Shown here in pieces: positions 11,220-23,068 of a stretch of DNA of 64,000 nucleotides. The position numbers were made by a program, and so were the translations under genes. Source of the DNA: a cyanobacterium endosymbiont of Rhopalodia gibba. GTDB lineage: Bacteria > Cyanobacteriota > Cyanobacteriia > Cyanobacteriales > Microcystaceae. Each line of letters begins with the position of its first letter. Within the stretch, counting starts at the first letter, position 1. The stretch is taken from assembly GCA_045159875.1 (NCBI GenBank), contig CP067995.1:704001-768000 (forward strand), written 5' to 3'. The notes below the pieces were generated by a model. It saw only the letters and a program-made list of their open reading frames with translations. It was not told where the DNA came from and did no database searches.

Positions 11220-12290
11220 TTTAAGTCTAGAGCTCACTGACCATAGAAGTTTTAGCTCTCACTTAATTACAAATCAAATTGAAAGGTTTATAGTCGAGGC
11301 TAGAATTATGGTAGCGACTCCCGAAAGACAACATCAACGTTCCATGACCAGGTTTTCGCATGGCAACGTTGTAGGTGGGGTATGGAAAGGTAAAAAGTAA
11401 CAAAGATTTTGCTGATTACAACGAACAAGTATTGAACTGAATTAACTGCCAATTTGCGCTAGTTTCCATCTTAGTTTATCTCTATATAGCTAAATTATTA
11501 GCTATATAGAATTTTCAAAAACGGTAACATAACCATTATCATTCCACTTCTTATCATAACTTATTATTAAACCAAAAAGATCTTGTCTTGAGGAAAAATC
11601 ACGAAAAAAATTGGACAATTACATTCAAGTTTTTAAAGCATTTAACTCTTGTAAACTTTTTCTTTCTCATCAAGTTTTAGAGAAAATTAAAGTTTAAGAA
11701 TTGTATAAAATTCTGATTGACTATTTTATTAGTAGTCGCTTCTATTGTTACCAGCGAAATTGCTATTGAACCGGGAAATAACACGTCAGGGAATATTTTT
11801 CTTACAAGAAACCTACCTATATTGGCTCGATGGACAAAATGCTCGAAGTTCATTTTGCGAAAAGTTTATCCAAAAAATATCTTCCTTCCTAAATTGCGAT
11901 TATCTTGATCAATCATGGTTGGCCCAATGAAGCAAAAGGGTTTACTTCTGGAATTGACGAAAGTCAGACTTTATATAACTTGGTCAAAGAACGATTAATT
12001 AATCATTTTCTTCTAATTTCTGTAGATTGGTTAAACTATCAAACCTACATAATTAAATATACGCAACCTAATGCAGATTTAGCTGTCATTAATTTTATTA
12101 ATCTGTTAATTAATTTAGAGACGAATTGATTTTATTTAAGGGAAGATACTTCATGCTGACGAATATCTGGAATTTTTTCAAATGGCAGTAGATTGGGCAG
12201 ATATTCATATTGCTGACTTGTCGAATGAGCAAGCATTAACGATAAATCCTTACATTAGGGTTAGGAAATTTGAAGGTCAACAACAATGAT
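11220..12290 (+). pseudogene. Unidentified decayed gene
   Basis: Higher-GC, coding-like segment made of three overlapping short ORFs in different frames (11717, 11745, 11905) plus HADEYLEFFQMAVDWADIHIADL; family not recognised. Confidence 0.5.
11481..11510. repeat. Perfect inverted repeat, 13-bp arms, inside a decayed gene
   Basis: tctatatagctaa-atta-ttagctatataga. Confidence 0.8.
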
Positions 12291-12668
12291 GACTAGCAAT
12301 ATGATGATCATCATCACTAATTTAATAGTTTTCTCAGAAAACTAAGCATTGTAAAATAATCCTAGTTATTTAAAACAGGGAAAAATCAATAAGTTATATT
12401 ACTACGCACAAAGCAGAAATTATTAAGTAAGAGTGAATAGTTATTAACCTCTATTTGTAGTTATAGTTATGTCTTAAAACTCGTGCCGGTGAGCTACGTA
12501 AGATTTCTACTTCATCAGGCTCGTCTAGTTTCCAGCTAGTTCTTATGAAAAACGCAATACTTCCGTCCACACGGATCTGTTCTCAACATTTGTTTAAAGT
12601 CTATTGACTGCTCGACAACAAACTGAAGTATTTTTAGAGTATGTCAAGTATTCGGATTTTCTTCTAAA

Positions 12669-14264
12669 TCAAACTGATAAAGGTCGGTAGACTCGATAGT
12701 TAATTTCAGGAAAAATATTATCAATATTCTCGACTTTTTCTAACCAGCCTGAGTCAACTTTTTGTGCCTTAACATCATCATAAATTTTTTTAAACCGAAG
12801 TAGATGTGATCGCGTACGACGAACTGCATAAGGAACCATGGTTCCTGTCCGCATAATAAATGCCCAGTCAGAAGATTGAGCCAACAGTAATTCTCGCGCA
12901 GCCTGATTTAACGCTCTCCATTGTAACTTATCAGAAGGTTCTAGGCGACTAAGTTCAATCATTCGTTCTGTCGCTTTGTGAAGATGAGGATAAATCCAAG
13001 CATTGGTATGATTTAACCAGTATTCATGAAAACCCTTATAACCCCAACTCGACTGAGAAGGACGACAGACTTGTTGAGTAGGATTATCCTGTAAATACTC
13101 CGCTAAATGGGTCATATTAAAAGTGTTTTGATCGTACCAAGCCTTACGGAAAAGATAATCAATAAACCAAGGTCCTTCATACCACCAGTGACCAAACAAC
13201 TCTGCGTCATAGGGAGAAACTACAATAGGGGGACGTTGCATGATTGCCGCTAAATTGCTTATTTGTTGTTCCCGATTGTGCATAAAGTTCCCCGCGTGTT
13301 CTGCGGACTTCTGCCGTGCCCAGTAGGGGTCATAGAGAGTCTTATCTGAAAGTCCCGCCTGACGACTGGTAATTTTATGGTATTTGATGCCTGTATTTTT
13401 CCGTTGACCGTTAGGCATAATATAAGGTTTGATATACTCGTATTCAGCTTCCCAACCTAAATCTTTATAAAATTCTCTATATTCAGGATCCCCTGGATAA
13501 CCTACCTTAGAAGACCATACTTGCTGAGAGGATTCATCATCTCGACCAAAGGCTGCTACCCCAGTTTCTGTAAAGATAGGAGCATAGGTTCCGTAACGGG
13601 GGCGAGGACGAGCAGATAAGATACCATGGCCATCTACCAGAAAGTAACGTAAGCCAGCATCGGCTAACATTCTTTCTACTCCCTCATAATAGGCACATTC
13701 AGGTAACCAAATTCCTTGAGGGGGACGGCCAAAGTTTTCCTCATAATGCTCACAGGCAACCTTAATTTGTGCCCAAACTGCTTCGGGATACATTTTCATC
13801 AAAGGAAAATAGCCATGAGTCGCACCACAAGTGATAATCTCTAAGTTATGGCTATCAAAGAATTGTTTAAAAGCAAGGACCAAATCGCCGTTGTAACATT
13901 CCCAAATTTCCCGAATTTGAGCAAATTCTCTAGCATAATATTCAGCTAAATAACGAAGATGTTCATCATGTTCGTTGCGAACAATCTCATTTTCGATCAG
14001 TTCTTGTAACCGAGCTAGATGTTTATCGTAGCGTTTTTGAAGTAAGGGATCTCTGAGCATAGAAACCAAGGGAGGTGTCATGCTCATAGTCATTTTAAAG
14101 TCAATTCCGTCCCGTTTTAACCCTTCAAAAGCATAAAGGAGGGGAATATATGTTTCTGTAATAGCTTCGTAGAGCCATTCTTCCTCTAAAACATAGTCAC
14201 TTTCAGGATGACGAACAAAAGGTAAATGAGCATGGAGGACGAGGGCAACATAGCCAAGAGCCAT
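12669..14264 (-). CDS. Glycoside hydrolase family 57 protein (1,4-alpha-glucan branching enzyme type, with DUF1957)
   Basis: LVLHAHLPFV, GIWLPECAY (nucleophile Glu), PYDAELFGHWWYEG, QSSDWAFI; start reassigned to MALGY. Confidence 0.93.
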   Translation of the reverse strand: MALGYVALVLHAHLPFVRHPESDYVLEEEWLYEAITETYIPLLYAFEGLKRDGIDFKMTMSMTPPLVSMLRDPLLQKRYDKHLARLQELIENEIVRNEHDEHLRYLAEYYAREFAQIREIWECYNGDLVLAFKQFFDSHNLEIITCGATHGYFPLMKMYPEAVWAQIKVACEHYEENFGRPPQGIWLPECAYYEGVERMLADAGLRYFLVDGHGILSARPRPRYGTYAPIFTETGVAAFGRDDESSQQVWSSKVGYPGDPEYREFYKDLGWEAEYEYIKPYIMPNGQRKNTGIKYHKITSRQAGLSDKTLYDPYWARQKSAEHAGNFMHNREQQISNLAAIMQRPPIVVSPYDAELFGHWWYEGPWFIDYLFRKAWYDQNTFNMTHLAEYLQDNPTQQVCRPSQSSWGYKGFHEYWLNHTNAWIYPHLHKATERMIELSRLEPSDKLQWRALNQAARELLLAQSSDWAFIMRTGTMVPYAVRRTRSHLLRFKKIYDDVKAQKVDSGWLEKVENIDNIFPEINYRVYRPLSV

Positions 14265-14560
14265 AATAATTCCGACGATTTTACAATTTAAGTTTTTTTG
14301 GTTGAACTTTAAGAACAAGTATCATAGATTTTATACTATCTTTAGATTCTAAAATAGAAGGAGCATCAAAAAAATTATTTATACATCTAGTGCGCCTTCT
14401 TCGATTATCTTTATCTGATGGGTGTCAGTCGGAGAGATTTGGCTTTCTAACTTAATTGTCTGATTATGCCAATAGACATTAGAATCAATCCAATTCGGTG
14501 TCTTCAAGTCCTGTTACCGATCAACTTGTTTACCTTGTAAACCTATAGTTTTGACTTCCA

Positions 14561-15742
14561 GTGCTAGAACCTACCAACCTCGAAACAACATTTGGATCTG
14601 ACATATCTTCATCGACGTCGATTCAGCTTTTGTTGTTTGTCGATGAGCGTCCAAGCTCCTATGAACACATTCAAAAAATCCAACATTACTTTAAACAGCT
14701 CAAAACGGACTTTTCATATCAACTGCAAGTCATTGAAATCTCTGAACAGCCCCACCTAGTGGAACATTTTCGTCTTGTGGCTACTCCTGCCTTAGTGAAA
14801 GTGTTTCCAGAACCAAGACAAACCTTAGCGGGAAGCAATATTGTTAACCAACTTAGGGAGTGGTGGCCAAGATGGCAATTAGCTCTCGAAGAAAGTCGTC
14901 CTGACGCTAATAACCATGGACAGCTCCAGAAACCAATCTCTCCCAATCCCATTAACTCCATAAGTCATTCGGTCGAACTGATGCGGTTATCCGATAAAAT
15001 TTTTCGCCTCAATCAAGAAAAAGAGGAACTCATACAGCAACTAAAATTCAAAAATCAGGTTTTGGCTATGCTTGCCCATGATTTGCGGAGTCCTTTGACA
15101 GCTGCGTCTATCACCGTTGAAACTCTCGAACTAGCTCAAAATCATCAAAATCCCCAACGCAGCGCAGAATTGAAAGAGGAACTTTACCAGCAAGCCAGAA
15201 AACAATTTCGCATTATGAACCGTTTAATTACGGATACACTACAAGCATCGCAAACGATGAAAACGGAGCTAGCTATTCATTGTCATGATGTCTTATTACA
15301 GGTGTTATGTGAAGAAATTCTCGAACAGTACACTAACTTATTTAAAGAAAAGTCTTTAATTTTAGTGAGGGATATTCCTCAAGATATTCCCCGAGTTTAT
15401 GCTGATGAAAAATTGATTCGCCAAGTGATCGTCAATCTATTAGATAATGCAATTAAATATACTCCATTAGGAGGAAAGGTCACTGTTTCAATTCTCCATC
15501 GCACCACTCAGAAAGTTCAGGTCAGTGTCTGTGATACAGGACCAGGTGTCCCCAAAGGGAAGCGGGAGAAGATTTTTGAAAGTTACTTCCGCCTCAAGCG
15601 TGATCAAGAAAAAGAGGGTTATGGGTTAGGCTTATCTTTGTGTCGAAAAATTATTCGCGCTCACTATGGACAAATCTGGGTCGATAGTGTTCTTAACCAG
15701 GGTAGCTGTTTTCAATTTACATTGCCCGTCTGTCGTCAATAA
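14561..15742 (+). CDS. sasA: Circadian clock output histidine kinase SasA (Hik8)
   Basis: KaiB-like N-terminus (LVEHFRLVATPALVKVFPEPRQTLAGSN), H-box LAHDLRSPL, NLLDNAIKY, DTGPG, GYGLGL. Confidence 0.92.
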   Translation: MLEPTNLETTFGSDISSSTSIQLLLFVDERPSSYEHIQKIQHYFKQLKTDFSYQLQVIEISEQPHLVEHFRLVATPALVKVFPEPRQTLAGSNIVNQLREWWPRWQLALEESRPDANNHGQLQKPISPNPINSISHSVELMRLSDKIFRLNQEKEELIQQLKFKNQVLAMLAHDLRSPLTAASITVETLELAQNHQNPQRSAELKEELYQQARKQFRIMNRLITDTLQASQTMKTELAIHCHDVLLQVLCEEILEQYTNLFKEKSLILVRDIPQDIPRVYADEKLIRQVIVNLLDNAIKYTPLGGKVTVSILHRTTQKVQVSVCDTGPGVPKGKREKIFESYFRLKRDQEKEGYGLGLSLCRKIIRAHYGQIWVDSVLNQGSCFQFTLPVCRQ

Positions 15743-15831
15743 ATACCCTGAAAGTTAAGGTGTATTGCTCAAGATTTTGGGCTTTTAACCCCCTAAGCCT
15801 GCCAACATATCGCTGTATTTTAAATCTCGAA

Positions 15832-16524
15832 ATGCACAAGGTTATTATTATTGTTAATGCTGAGGTAAACGCACAAGGAGCTATTTATCTAGGTTCCTCT
15901 GCGACAAGAACTATGATAACAGCTCTACAAAGGACTATCTCGGCTGATTCTGACTCGACCGAGGTTGACGTTATCTCAGCGGCTTCCTTGTGGTCTAATA
16001 GCTTAACTTATTCAAAGTCTAACTCTAATCTCATTTACTGTCCCCTAACCATTGAAATTCCTCACAAGTTTTCATTTCCTAGGCAAAAACTCTATCAAAC
16101 TTGTAGAGATATCCCAGGACTACGACAATGGGTTGAACAAAATTTAGGATACAAAACCAGTATTCGAGATTCTTGGTTAGGAGATTTGTGGTTGCCTATC
16201 GTTGTGACAGGTAAACAAATGTTGTATGGTTCTGTCATTGGTGAAGGAACAATTCCTAATTCTTATGAGCAACCGGTTGAGTTGGACCGTAAAGTGGAGA
16301 AATCTCTTCACTCTCTAGCTCAGGAGTTATTAACTTCCCTTGATGCTCCCCCCTCAGTCTATCTAGTCCAGTTTCGCTTATTTAGTAATGAGATTATTTT
16401 TGATCGACTTTGGCCATTTCCGGCAGCTCCAGCTATCGCTTCTCTAAGATGTCAACAACCCAATCTATTTACTTGTCATTGGTATTGTCTTACTCAAAAA
16501 CCTATCGTACAAGTAACAACTTAA
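15832..16524 (+). CDS. Conserved cyanobacterial hypothetical protein
   Basis: Intact ORF with a recognisable tail FDRLWPFPAAPAIAS..LFTCHW; ATG at 15832 preferred. Confidence 0.75.
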   Translation: MHKVIIIVNAEVNAQGAIYLGSSATRTMITALQRTISADSDSTEVDVISAASLWSNSLTYSKSNSNLIYCPLTIEIPHKFSFPRQKLYQTCRDIPGLRQWVEQNLGYKTSIRDSWLGDLWLPIVVTGKQMLYGSVIGEGTIPNSYEQPVELDRKVEKSLHSLAQELLTSLDAPPSVYLVQFRLFSNEIIFDRLWPFPAAPAIASLRCQQPNLFTCHWYCLTQKPIVQVTT

Positions 16525-16899
16525 TGAGTTAAATCCGTACAAGTTTTGACAATAATATAGTCGATAACTTCGCTATTTTAAAGCTACAAATAATTCCAGA
16601 AAATCTTAGATAGGTTTCATTTATGAGTAAACTTGTACTCCAAATCCTAGTCCGATTTAATGAATCTCCTCATTCAACACAAAACAAAATTATTGCTGTT
16701 TTGGAGAAATGCTTTTTTATTTTGATTAAGTCCATTTCCATCTTACTTGTAGCTCCTTTTGCTATACAGTAAAGTATATAAACTACCTAAACAAGTTAAC
16801 ATTGATAACAAAATTACTAACTAGATTGGCAGTCGATAAGAAGACGCATAAATTCCTATTTAAAAAAAAATTAGTGAATTGGTGACTTTGTGTATTGAC

Positions 16900-17869
16900 T
16901 AGTTCTCTTATTTGCAGTGGTGTGGCGTGTTGTCACAAATCTTCTATCAGCCATAGGAGTCAATTAAGTTAGTGCTAAATTAGTGAGATAAACTATCCCT
17001 CTTTTTAAGAGATAATCTATCTCACGAATTTTGAGAACTATTGTTTCATACCTTAATCTTAATTCCAGTAGCTATTATCGTTCTCGATATCCTGTAGATT
17101 TTCGCGGTTTCCTAATCAGCAATCGCTCTATCTAATCAAATATTAAGTTCTATTGCCTAAATTAGTAACGATTACAGTATTTTCAGCAATTGCTTATGAT
17201 TGTAGATATTTTTTTTCGTACGTAAATGACGAATAATATCTTAAATTATTATTGAGTTTAACAATATTTGAATTTTACAATGGTTGGGACTAACTGAGTT
17301 AGAGATCGCCTTTTCTAAACCTGAAACAACAGCTATAGAATCTAAACCAAGCAAAACTCGGTTAATAACTTCTAGTCAACTACCTCATATTTTTCTGGAA
17401 ATCATTATCTTAGTAGTGGTAATGTTGGTGTCTGCTTGAACAGCCGTTGATATCCTGTGAATAGAGATAATTAGAGCTGTTTTTGATACTTATCTTACTT
17501 ATTTCACTTCAAGTATTTGTAAGGATTGTCATTTTCTTTTTGGAGCTATACTTATCCAATTTGGCTTTCAGTTTCATTGTTAGTGCAAGAACTCCTCAAG
17601 TTAATTTTCTTAGTAATACAGCTCTAATTTCTATTATCATCCTTGTAGTTGCTATTGCACTCTGCAATAGATGAGACTGACTCCCAATATTGTAAATCTA
17701 GCATTTGATTGATCAGTAGGGTGAAATTGTGGTGGGAATTAATCTCACTTTCAAATTAGGAGGATGTGAAGTGGCCGCGGGACAGTAACGAAAATGGTTA
17801 AATAGTTTAAAACAAAATCAAAACCAAAAAATGAGTTGATTCTAACTTTTTCCGATTGATTTTAACCAT
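16900..17869 (-). pseudogene. Possible TPR-containing (CHAT-type) protein remnant
   Basis: Fragments YLQS*AIAE..TNLGN and AIELNI*LDRAIAD; a possible ATG near 17869; heavily decayed. Confidence 0.3.
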
Positions 17870-17963
17870 TTTCAATTGATAAAGACGTTAATCCCTAGCG
17901 ATTCTGATACACTAATCCTAGTCGAAACATTTTTTCTATATTATTTAACAAGGAATTCTATAA

Positions 17964-18848
17964 ATGGGATTAGTGATTAGTACCGTCAACATGAAAGGTG
18001 GAGTTGGTAAAACAACCCTGACAGTCAATTTAGCCACCTGTTTGGCTAAATATCATGGAAAGCGAGTACTAGTGTTAGACTTAGATTCTCAAATTAGTGC
18101 AACCCTTAGCCTAATGTCGCCTCATGAGTTTGCAAAAACAAGAAAAAAACGTCGCACCTTGAGCTATTTACTCAATAACATTGTTCAACCAAATCCCTAT
18201 AGCAAACTGGATGTTCATGATATAGTCCAACCCTATATTTGCAATATAGAAGGGTTGGACTTATTGCCAGGAGACTTGGAACTTTATGATGAATATGTTA
18301 TCTCAGAAATTCTACATAAACAGGCAACAACCATTGGCAACCCAGATTTTAAAACGGTATGGAACCACTTTGAAAGAGTTTTGATTGAGAAAATTATTAC
18401 ATCGGTTATTGAATATTATGACTTAATTATAATGGATTGTGCTCCTGGTTACAATCTTTTAACTCGAAGTGGTTTAGCCGCTAGCCATTATTACTTACTT
18501 CCTGCACGTCCTGAACCTTTATCAGTAGTGGGAATACAGCTTTTAGAACGACGCATTGCTAAACTCAAAGAAAGTCATAAAAAAACTGATCCAATAAATT
18601 TAAATTTATTGGGCGTTGTATTTATTTTGTCAGGAGGAGGTCTACTCAGCCGTTATTATAACCGGGTTCTGAAAAGGGTTCAAAAGGATTTGAACCCTTT
18701 TCAGTTGTTTGATACTTCAATTCCTATGGATGTTAATGTGGCTAAAGCAGTTGATAGTTTTCGTCCCGTAGTGACAGCTATGCCAAATTCTAGCGGTTCC
18801 AAAGCTTTTATTAAATTAACTGAAGAGTTTTTAAGTAAGCTACCTTAA
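17964..18848 (+). CDS. ParA/Soj-family ATPase
   Basis: Deviant Walker A KGGVGKTT, DLDSQ, MDCAPG. Confidence 0.92.
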   Translation: MGLVISTVNMKGGVGKTTLTVNLATCLAKYHGKRVLVLDLDSQISATLSLMSPHEFAKTRKKRRTLSYLLNNIVQPNPYSKLDVHDIVQPYICNIEGLDLLPGDLELYDEYVISEILHKQATTIGNPDFKTVWNHFERVLIEKIITSVIEYYDLIIMDCAPGYNLLTRSGLAASHYYLLPARPEPLSVVGIQLLERRIAKLKESHKKTDPINLNLLGVVFILSGGGLLSRYYNRVLKRVQKDLNPFQLFDTSIPMDVNVAKAVDSFRPVVTAMPNSSGSKAFIKLTEEFLSKLP

Positions 18849-19946
18849 TTATTAACAGGGAAAGTTTGAGAAGATTAATGTGTAGTAACATCTTTTTTTT
18901 ATAGAAATATAAACTCAATTGAAGTTGTCTTTAGAAGATACTAATCTACACGAAGCTAATTTAGGCATAATTTTTTATTATAATGCTAACTTCCACAATA
19001 TGGACTTTACCTCTACTTTTTTTAAAAAAAGTAATATTAAGGAATATCAATTTAAGTAATGTTTTCTTATGTTAAGCTAGTTTCAGTAGATTTGATTCAA
19101 AAAAAGGTTACCTTTAAGAGAATTTTATTTGATTGATTATTATATATTTGACAAGTAGGTGAACTTAAAAAAGTCTCCAATAGAAAAGCCGTTAAAGAAT
19201 AACAATTACTGAATACAAACTTTCCTAGAAATCTAGTTAACAGGAATAGACAAGTAAGTGTCATCAAAGCTGAATTGTGGCTCAATATTTTTTTAAAAGA
19301 AGCTGACAAAACAAAAATAAGAATTTTATGTTTAAATTTAAGATGATATAACGTCAGAGAAATTGAAAATTGAGCGCAACCATCACAGAATGTAATTATA
19401 AAAATTCTTTTTAGATAGATAGGTTAAAAAATAGAAAAATTGTAATTTTATCCCAGAAGTAAAAAAAAGAACTTAGAACAAAGAATAAATAAAGTCTATT
19501 TAAGAGTTTTAAAATTCTGTTTTAAACACTTAAACTAGTTAACAACTATCTAAGCATAAAATAGAGAGAATTCTAATTAATTTAGACATAAATTATAACT
19601 ATAAAATAATAAAAATTAGAACATAACTATATCTTTACAAAAAAAAGTGTACAAATCTTATGTAAATACACAGACTAAGTTTATAAATACAGTTATTATC
19701 GTTATAGCAGTCTAATTCAGTATGATTTAAAGAGCAATTAGCTAGATTGACTGAAGTCATGAAAATAAAAATTAAAGTTGAAATTATAACTTAAAAATTT
19801 ATCTAAAAAATATTATTTATCTTTTATTCTTTTAAATAGATAAGACTAATATAAAGTATAGTTTATTGGTATTTATTACCCTAAATTTAGATCTACTAAT
19901 ATTAGCTATTTTTGACTTTTATAATTATTAGCAATTGTAAATTTTT

Positions 19947-20741
19947 TTATAGAGAAACTTCTTTGATTTCTTCAATTATAGATAGCCAATCTTTTTTTAC
20001 TTCATTTATTTTTGTCTTCTGAGATTGATCAGAACCCAATAGCTGATAATGAGGACAGCTTGTTTGACAATTGGCAAGATGAGGAAAATTAATGTTTTCT
20101 TGAGTATATTCCTTAAACCAATTCTTGAATTTATTTAAAAGCATTGTTAAATCTTCATTATTTTTTTGATGTTTATCTTTATCATAAAAAAATGTCAAAG
20201 ATTGAGGTTTAGTGGGAAGTTTGACAAACCAATAAGTTAGAGAAATCTGTTCGGGCAAATAGTCAGACGTTTCCGCTAAGACATATAAATAAAGTCGAGT
20301 TTGCCAATGATTAGCTAATTTGTTTGGATTTTCTGGCTTAAGATAGGTTTTCCAATCTAAAATCTCAGCTTTTTTTGGCTCAGCAATTAATAAATCATAA
20401 ATAACAGTCAATAAATATCCTTGAAATTTAAGATTCCGAGAATGTTCAGCTTCTTTCCAAATATTTTGAGAAGGATTTCTCAGGCTAGATACAGTATCAA
20501 TTAATGCGTTTAAAGAGTTTCGCATTTGTTTATCTTTAGCCACAAGTAACTCAATTGATAATCCTAATTCATGTTGTTGCATTAGTTGGTGAAATTGATT
20601 CCCCCAGGATAATTTTTCCTGTTTTTCTGGACTTAAAGGAGTACTCAATTGTTCTAGATAAACACGTTGAAATTGAGGAGGACAAGTTTCTAATAAATTC
20701 AAGTGAGATTGAGACAGATGAATTAAATTAATATCTTTCAT
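19947..20741 (-). CDS. PD-(D/E)XK nuclease superfamily protein (RecB/AddB-like)
   Basis: LSQSHLNLLETCP, WGNQFH, YDLL..ILDWKTY, QTRLYLY, C-terminal CxxxCP. Confidence 0.85.
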   Translation of the reverse strand: MKDINLIHLSQSHLNLLETCPPQFQRVYLEQLSTPLSPEKQEKLSWGNQFHQLMQQHELGLSIELLVAKDKQMRNSLNALIDTVSSLRNPSQNIWKEAEHSRNLKFQGYLLTVIYDLLIAEPKKAEILDWKTYLKPENPNKLANHWQTRLYLYVLAETSDYLPEQISLTYWFVKLPTKPQSLTFFYDKDKHQKNNEDLTMLLNKFKNWFKEYTQENINFPHLANCQTSCPHYQLLGSDQSQKTKINEVKKDWLSIIEEIKEVSL

Positions 20742-21148
20742 TGGATATAAAAATTGATATTTTTTTGTTAGTGACTTCTAAAATATAAAGCTCTTAAATT
20801 TATAACTGATAACTTTAATTTACTAGTGTCTGAGCTTATGCTTATAACTTAATAGATACAGTTTAGACTATGAAAATAGGTGATTTTCCTACAAATTTTT
20901 ATCTTTTACTATTATCTAGAATACAATAGTCTTTAACATACAAGTTTTGTAATAATTGTCATTATAACTTTTTGGAATTAATGAATAAGTATTTTACAGA
21001 AATCTTCATTAATGATTTATTATGTATTTTAATTGCTATAAATTATACTATTAATCCTCGGTGAAATTTTTCTACTTTAAAAGATCAAAGTTATTATCAT
21101 TTACCACTAAGTCTCCAGAAAGAGACTATTAGAGTTATAGTGCTATGG

Positions 21149-21178
21149 CTCAACTCTCTTGCCCTTAAGAGAGTTGAG
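21149..21178. repeat. Perfect inverted repeat, 12-bp arms
   Basis: ctcaactctctt-gccctt-aagagagttgag. Confidence 0.75.
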
Positions 21179-21885
21179 TATTGCTTTTAAGACGTGAGGG
21201 AATCGACAATCTCAAACCTTCATCAGGATATTGGTAAAGAAAGACCTAAAGAATATAGAGAAGATTTAAGTTAAATGACAAATATGCTTGGACTAAATTC
21301 AGAGAAAAAATTAAGATAACTTATTTTAACTTATATTAAATATCAATAAGTTTATAATCACAGTTGCATCTTCTTAATCTACCATATATCTTTATGAATC
21401 TCATTCTATTTAAAAAAATTGAAACTAATAAAAAAAATATCTTAAATATAAAGTTTTAACAAAATAAAAAAGGCTGAAAAGAAGTTGATGAAAATAACTA
21501 ATTACGAGTTGAAGTTAGTTTCTACTATGTTAGATTATTTTTTCATATTTTAAACTCTAGTTTTATTTTAATTTCGAACAATATCCTAAATTATTACTAT
21601 AGAAATAATTACTATTTCTAATTAGATTTTATTGATTATTCGTATTTAAACTGAGTTGTACGGTTTCTTATTTTAAGAGTTATTTTAAAAAAATAGTTAA
21701 ATAAGAAAAGATATTCGAATTATAATCTCAGTATCGTCTTAAAATATAGATATTTTGCAATAGCAGCACTCGATATAGTATTGAAGGTTACAGGTTGAAT
21801 GCTATTTCAACTATACATGAACTATCTAAGTTATTAGGTGTATTTATAAATAAACATTAAGTTTTACAATAAACAGGATAACTAT

Positions 21886-22310
21886 ATAGCTAACCCACAC
21901 TACATAAATTTCTTCAAACACAGTTCACAATTATGGAATAAATGGCGTGATCATAATATTGACATTATTCTCGATTTTAAAAACATCAATTCTAGTTGGC
22001 TTAATTTTAATAATGTTGACATTGAATGTTCTAACATTCAAGATACTAATTTTTATACGCAAAGCTAATTTAAGCATGGCTTTCCCTCATATAGCTAGTC
22101 TTTTTTGAATCAATCTGAGCTAAAGCAAGTTAATCTCAGCAGTTGCGATTTAAGATTCACACTTAGTTGATAGTAATCTGGAAGAAGTAAACTTAGAAAA
22201 AATTAATTTCATTCATTCTACTTTAATTAGAGCTAATTTCTTTAATGTTAATTGAAGTAATTCTCTAATTTTTAATAACACACTGAAATAGACTAAATCA
22301 AAATAATTTA
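21886..22310 (+). pseudogene. Pentapeptide-repeat protein pseudogene
   Basis: IANPHY..WNKWRDHN leader with ATG->ATA, then KANLS, QVNLS, DSNLEEVNL and RANF repeats with frameshifts and stops. Confidence 0.75.
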
Positions 22311-23068
22311 TTACTGATAAGTTTTTAAACCTTGAATATTAGTTAAGATCAACAAATGAGAATTTATTCTAAAATAGATATTATTTCTAATTCTTAAAAT
22401 CAACAATTGACTAAAAATATTTTTACTTTAATAGATAGAACTAAGTCGAATAAATATACTTATTGTTTAAAATTTAAAGTTGAGGTTATAATCTCAGTGC
22501 TCATAAGAAGTACTCTGAAATCAACGCATTCAAATTTTACTTTAAATAATCTACAAGTCTGTACTGTACAATAAATAATCTTATGACAAGGAGATAGTAA
22601 TTAAAAAATACTGAAGTTTAAATAATGAATGGCAAAATCTTAAGCACTAACAGATAATAAATTAAAGAAAATTTATACTTCTCTTTATAGAGAAATTAGT
22701 TACATATTTTTGAATTAATTTTAGCTATATGGTTTGGATGACTGGTAATATTTTATTTTTTAAAAAATTTATTTTACTACTAAAATTACTCGTTTTAAGC
22801 ATTAGTTAATTAGTTAATTAGTTTTTAACCCTTAACATTGTGTTCTGATATGATAGATATTTAAAAATTAGTAGACAAATATTATTTTTATAGCCACTGA
22901 ACACATTACTTATATTTTTTCTATTTGTTTGGGTTTAGTCATTTCCAACATTAACTAGTGTTATTTTCCCCAACCATATTGACTTGTTTGGATAAAAATA
23001 AATTTACTTTCATGTAGAAAGTAAAGAATATTTGTTAAAATTGTAATTTTTTTCTATATTTTATTTCT

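Noticed and set aside
17483..17674. Short hydrophobic ORFs in AT-rich spacers (also 19097..19309)
   Set aside because: TTG starts and composition-driven hydrophobicity; likely antisense to decayed genes
19947..20741. Possible Cas4 / CRISPR locus
   Set aside because: No repeat-spacer array or other cas genes seen anywhere in the window; fits a stand-alone PD-(D/E)XK family
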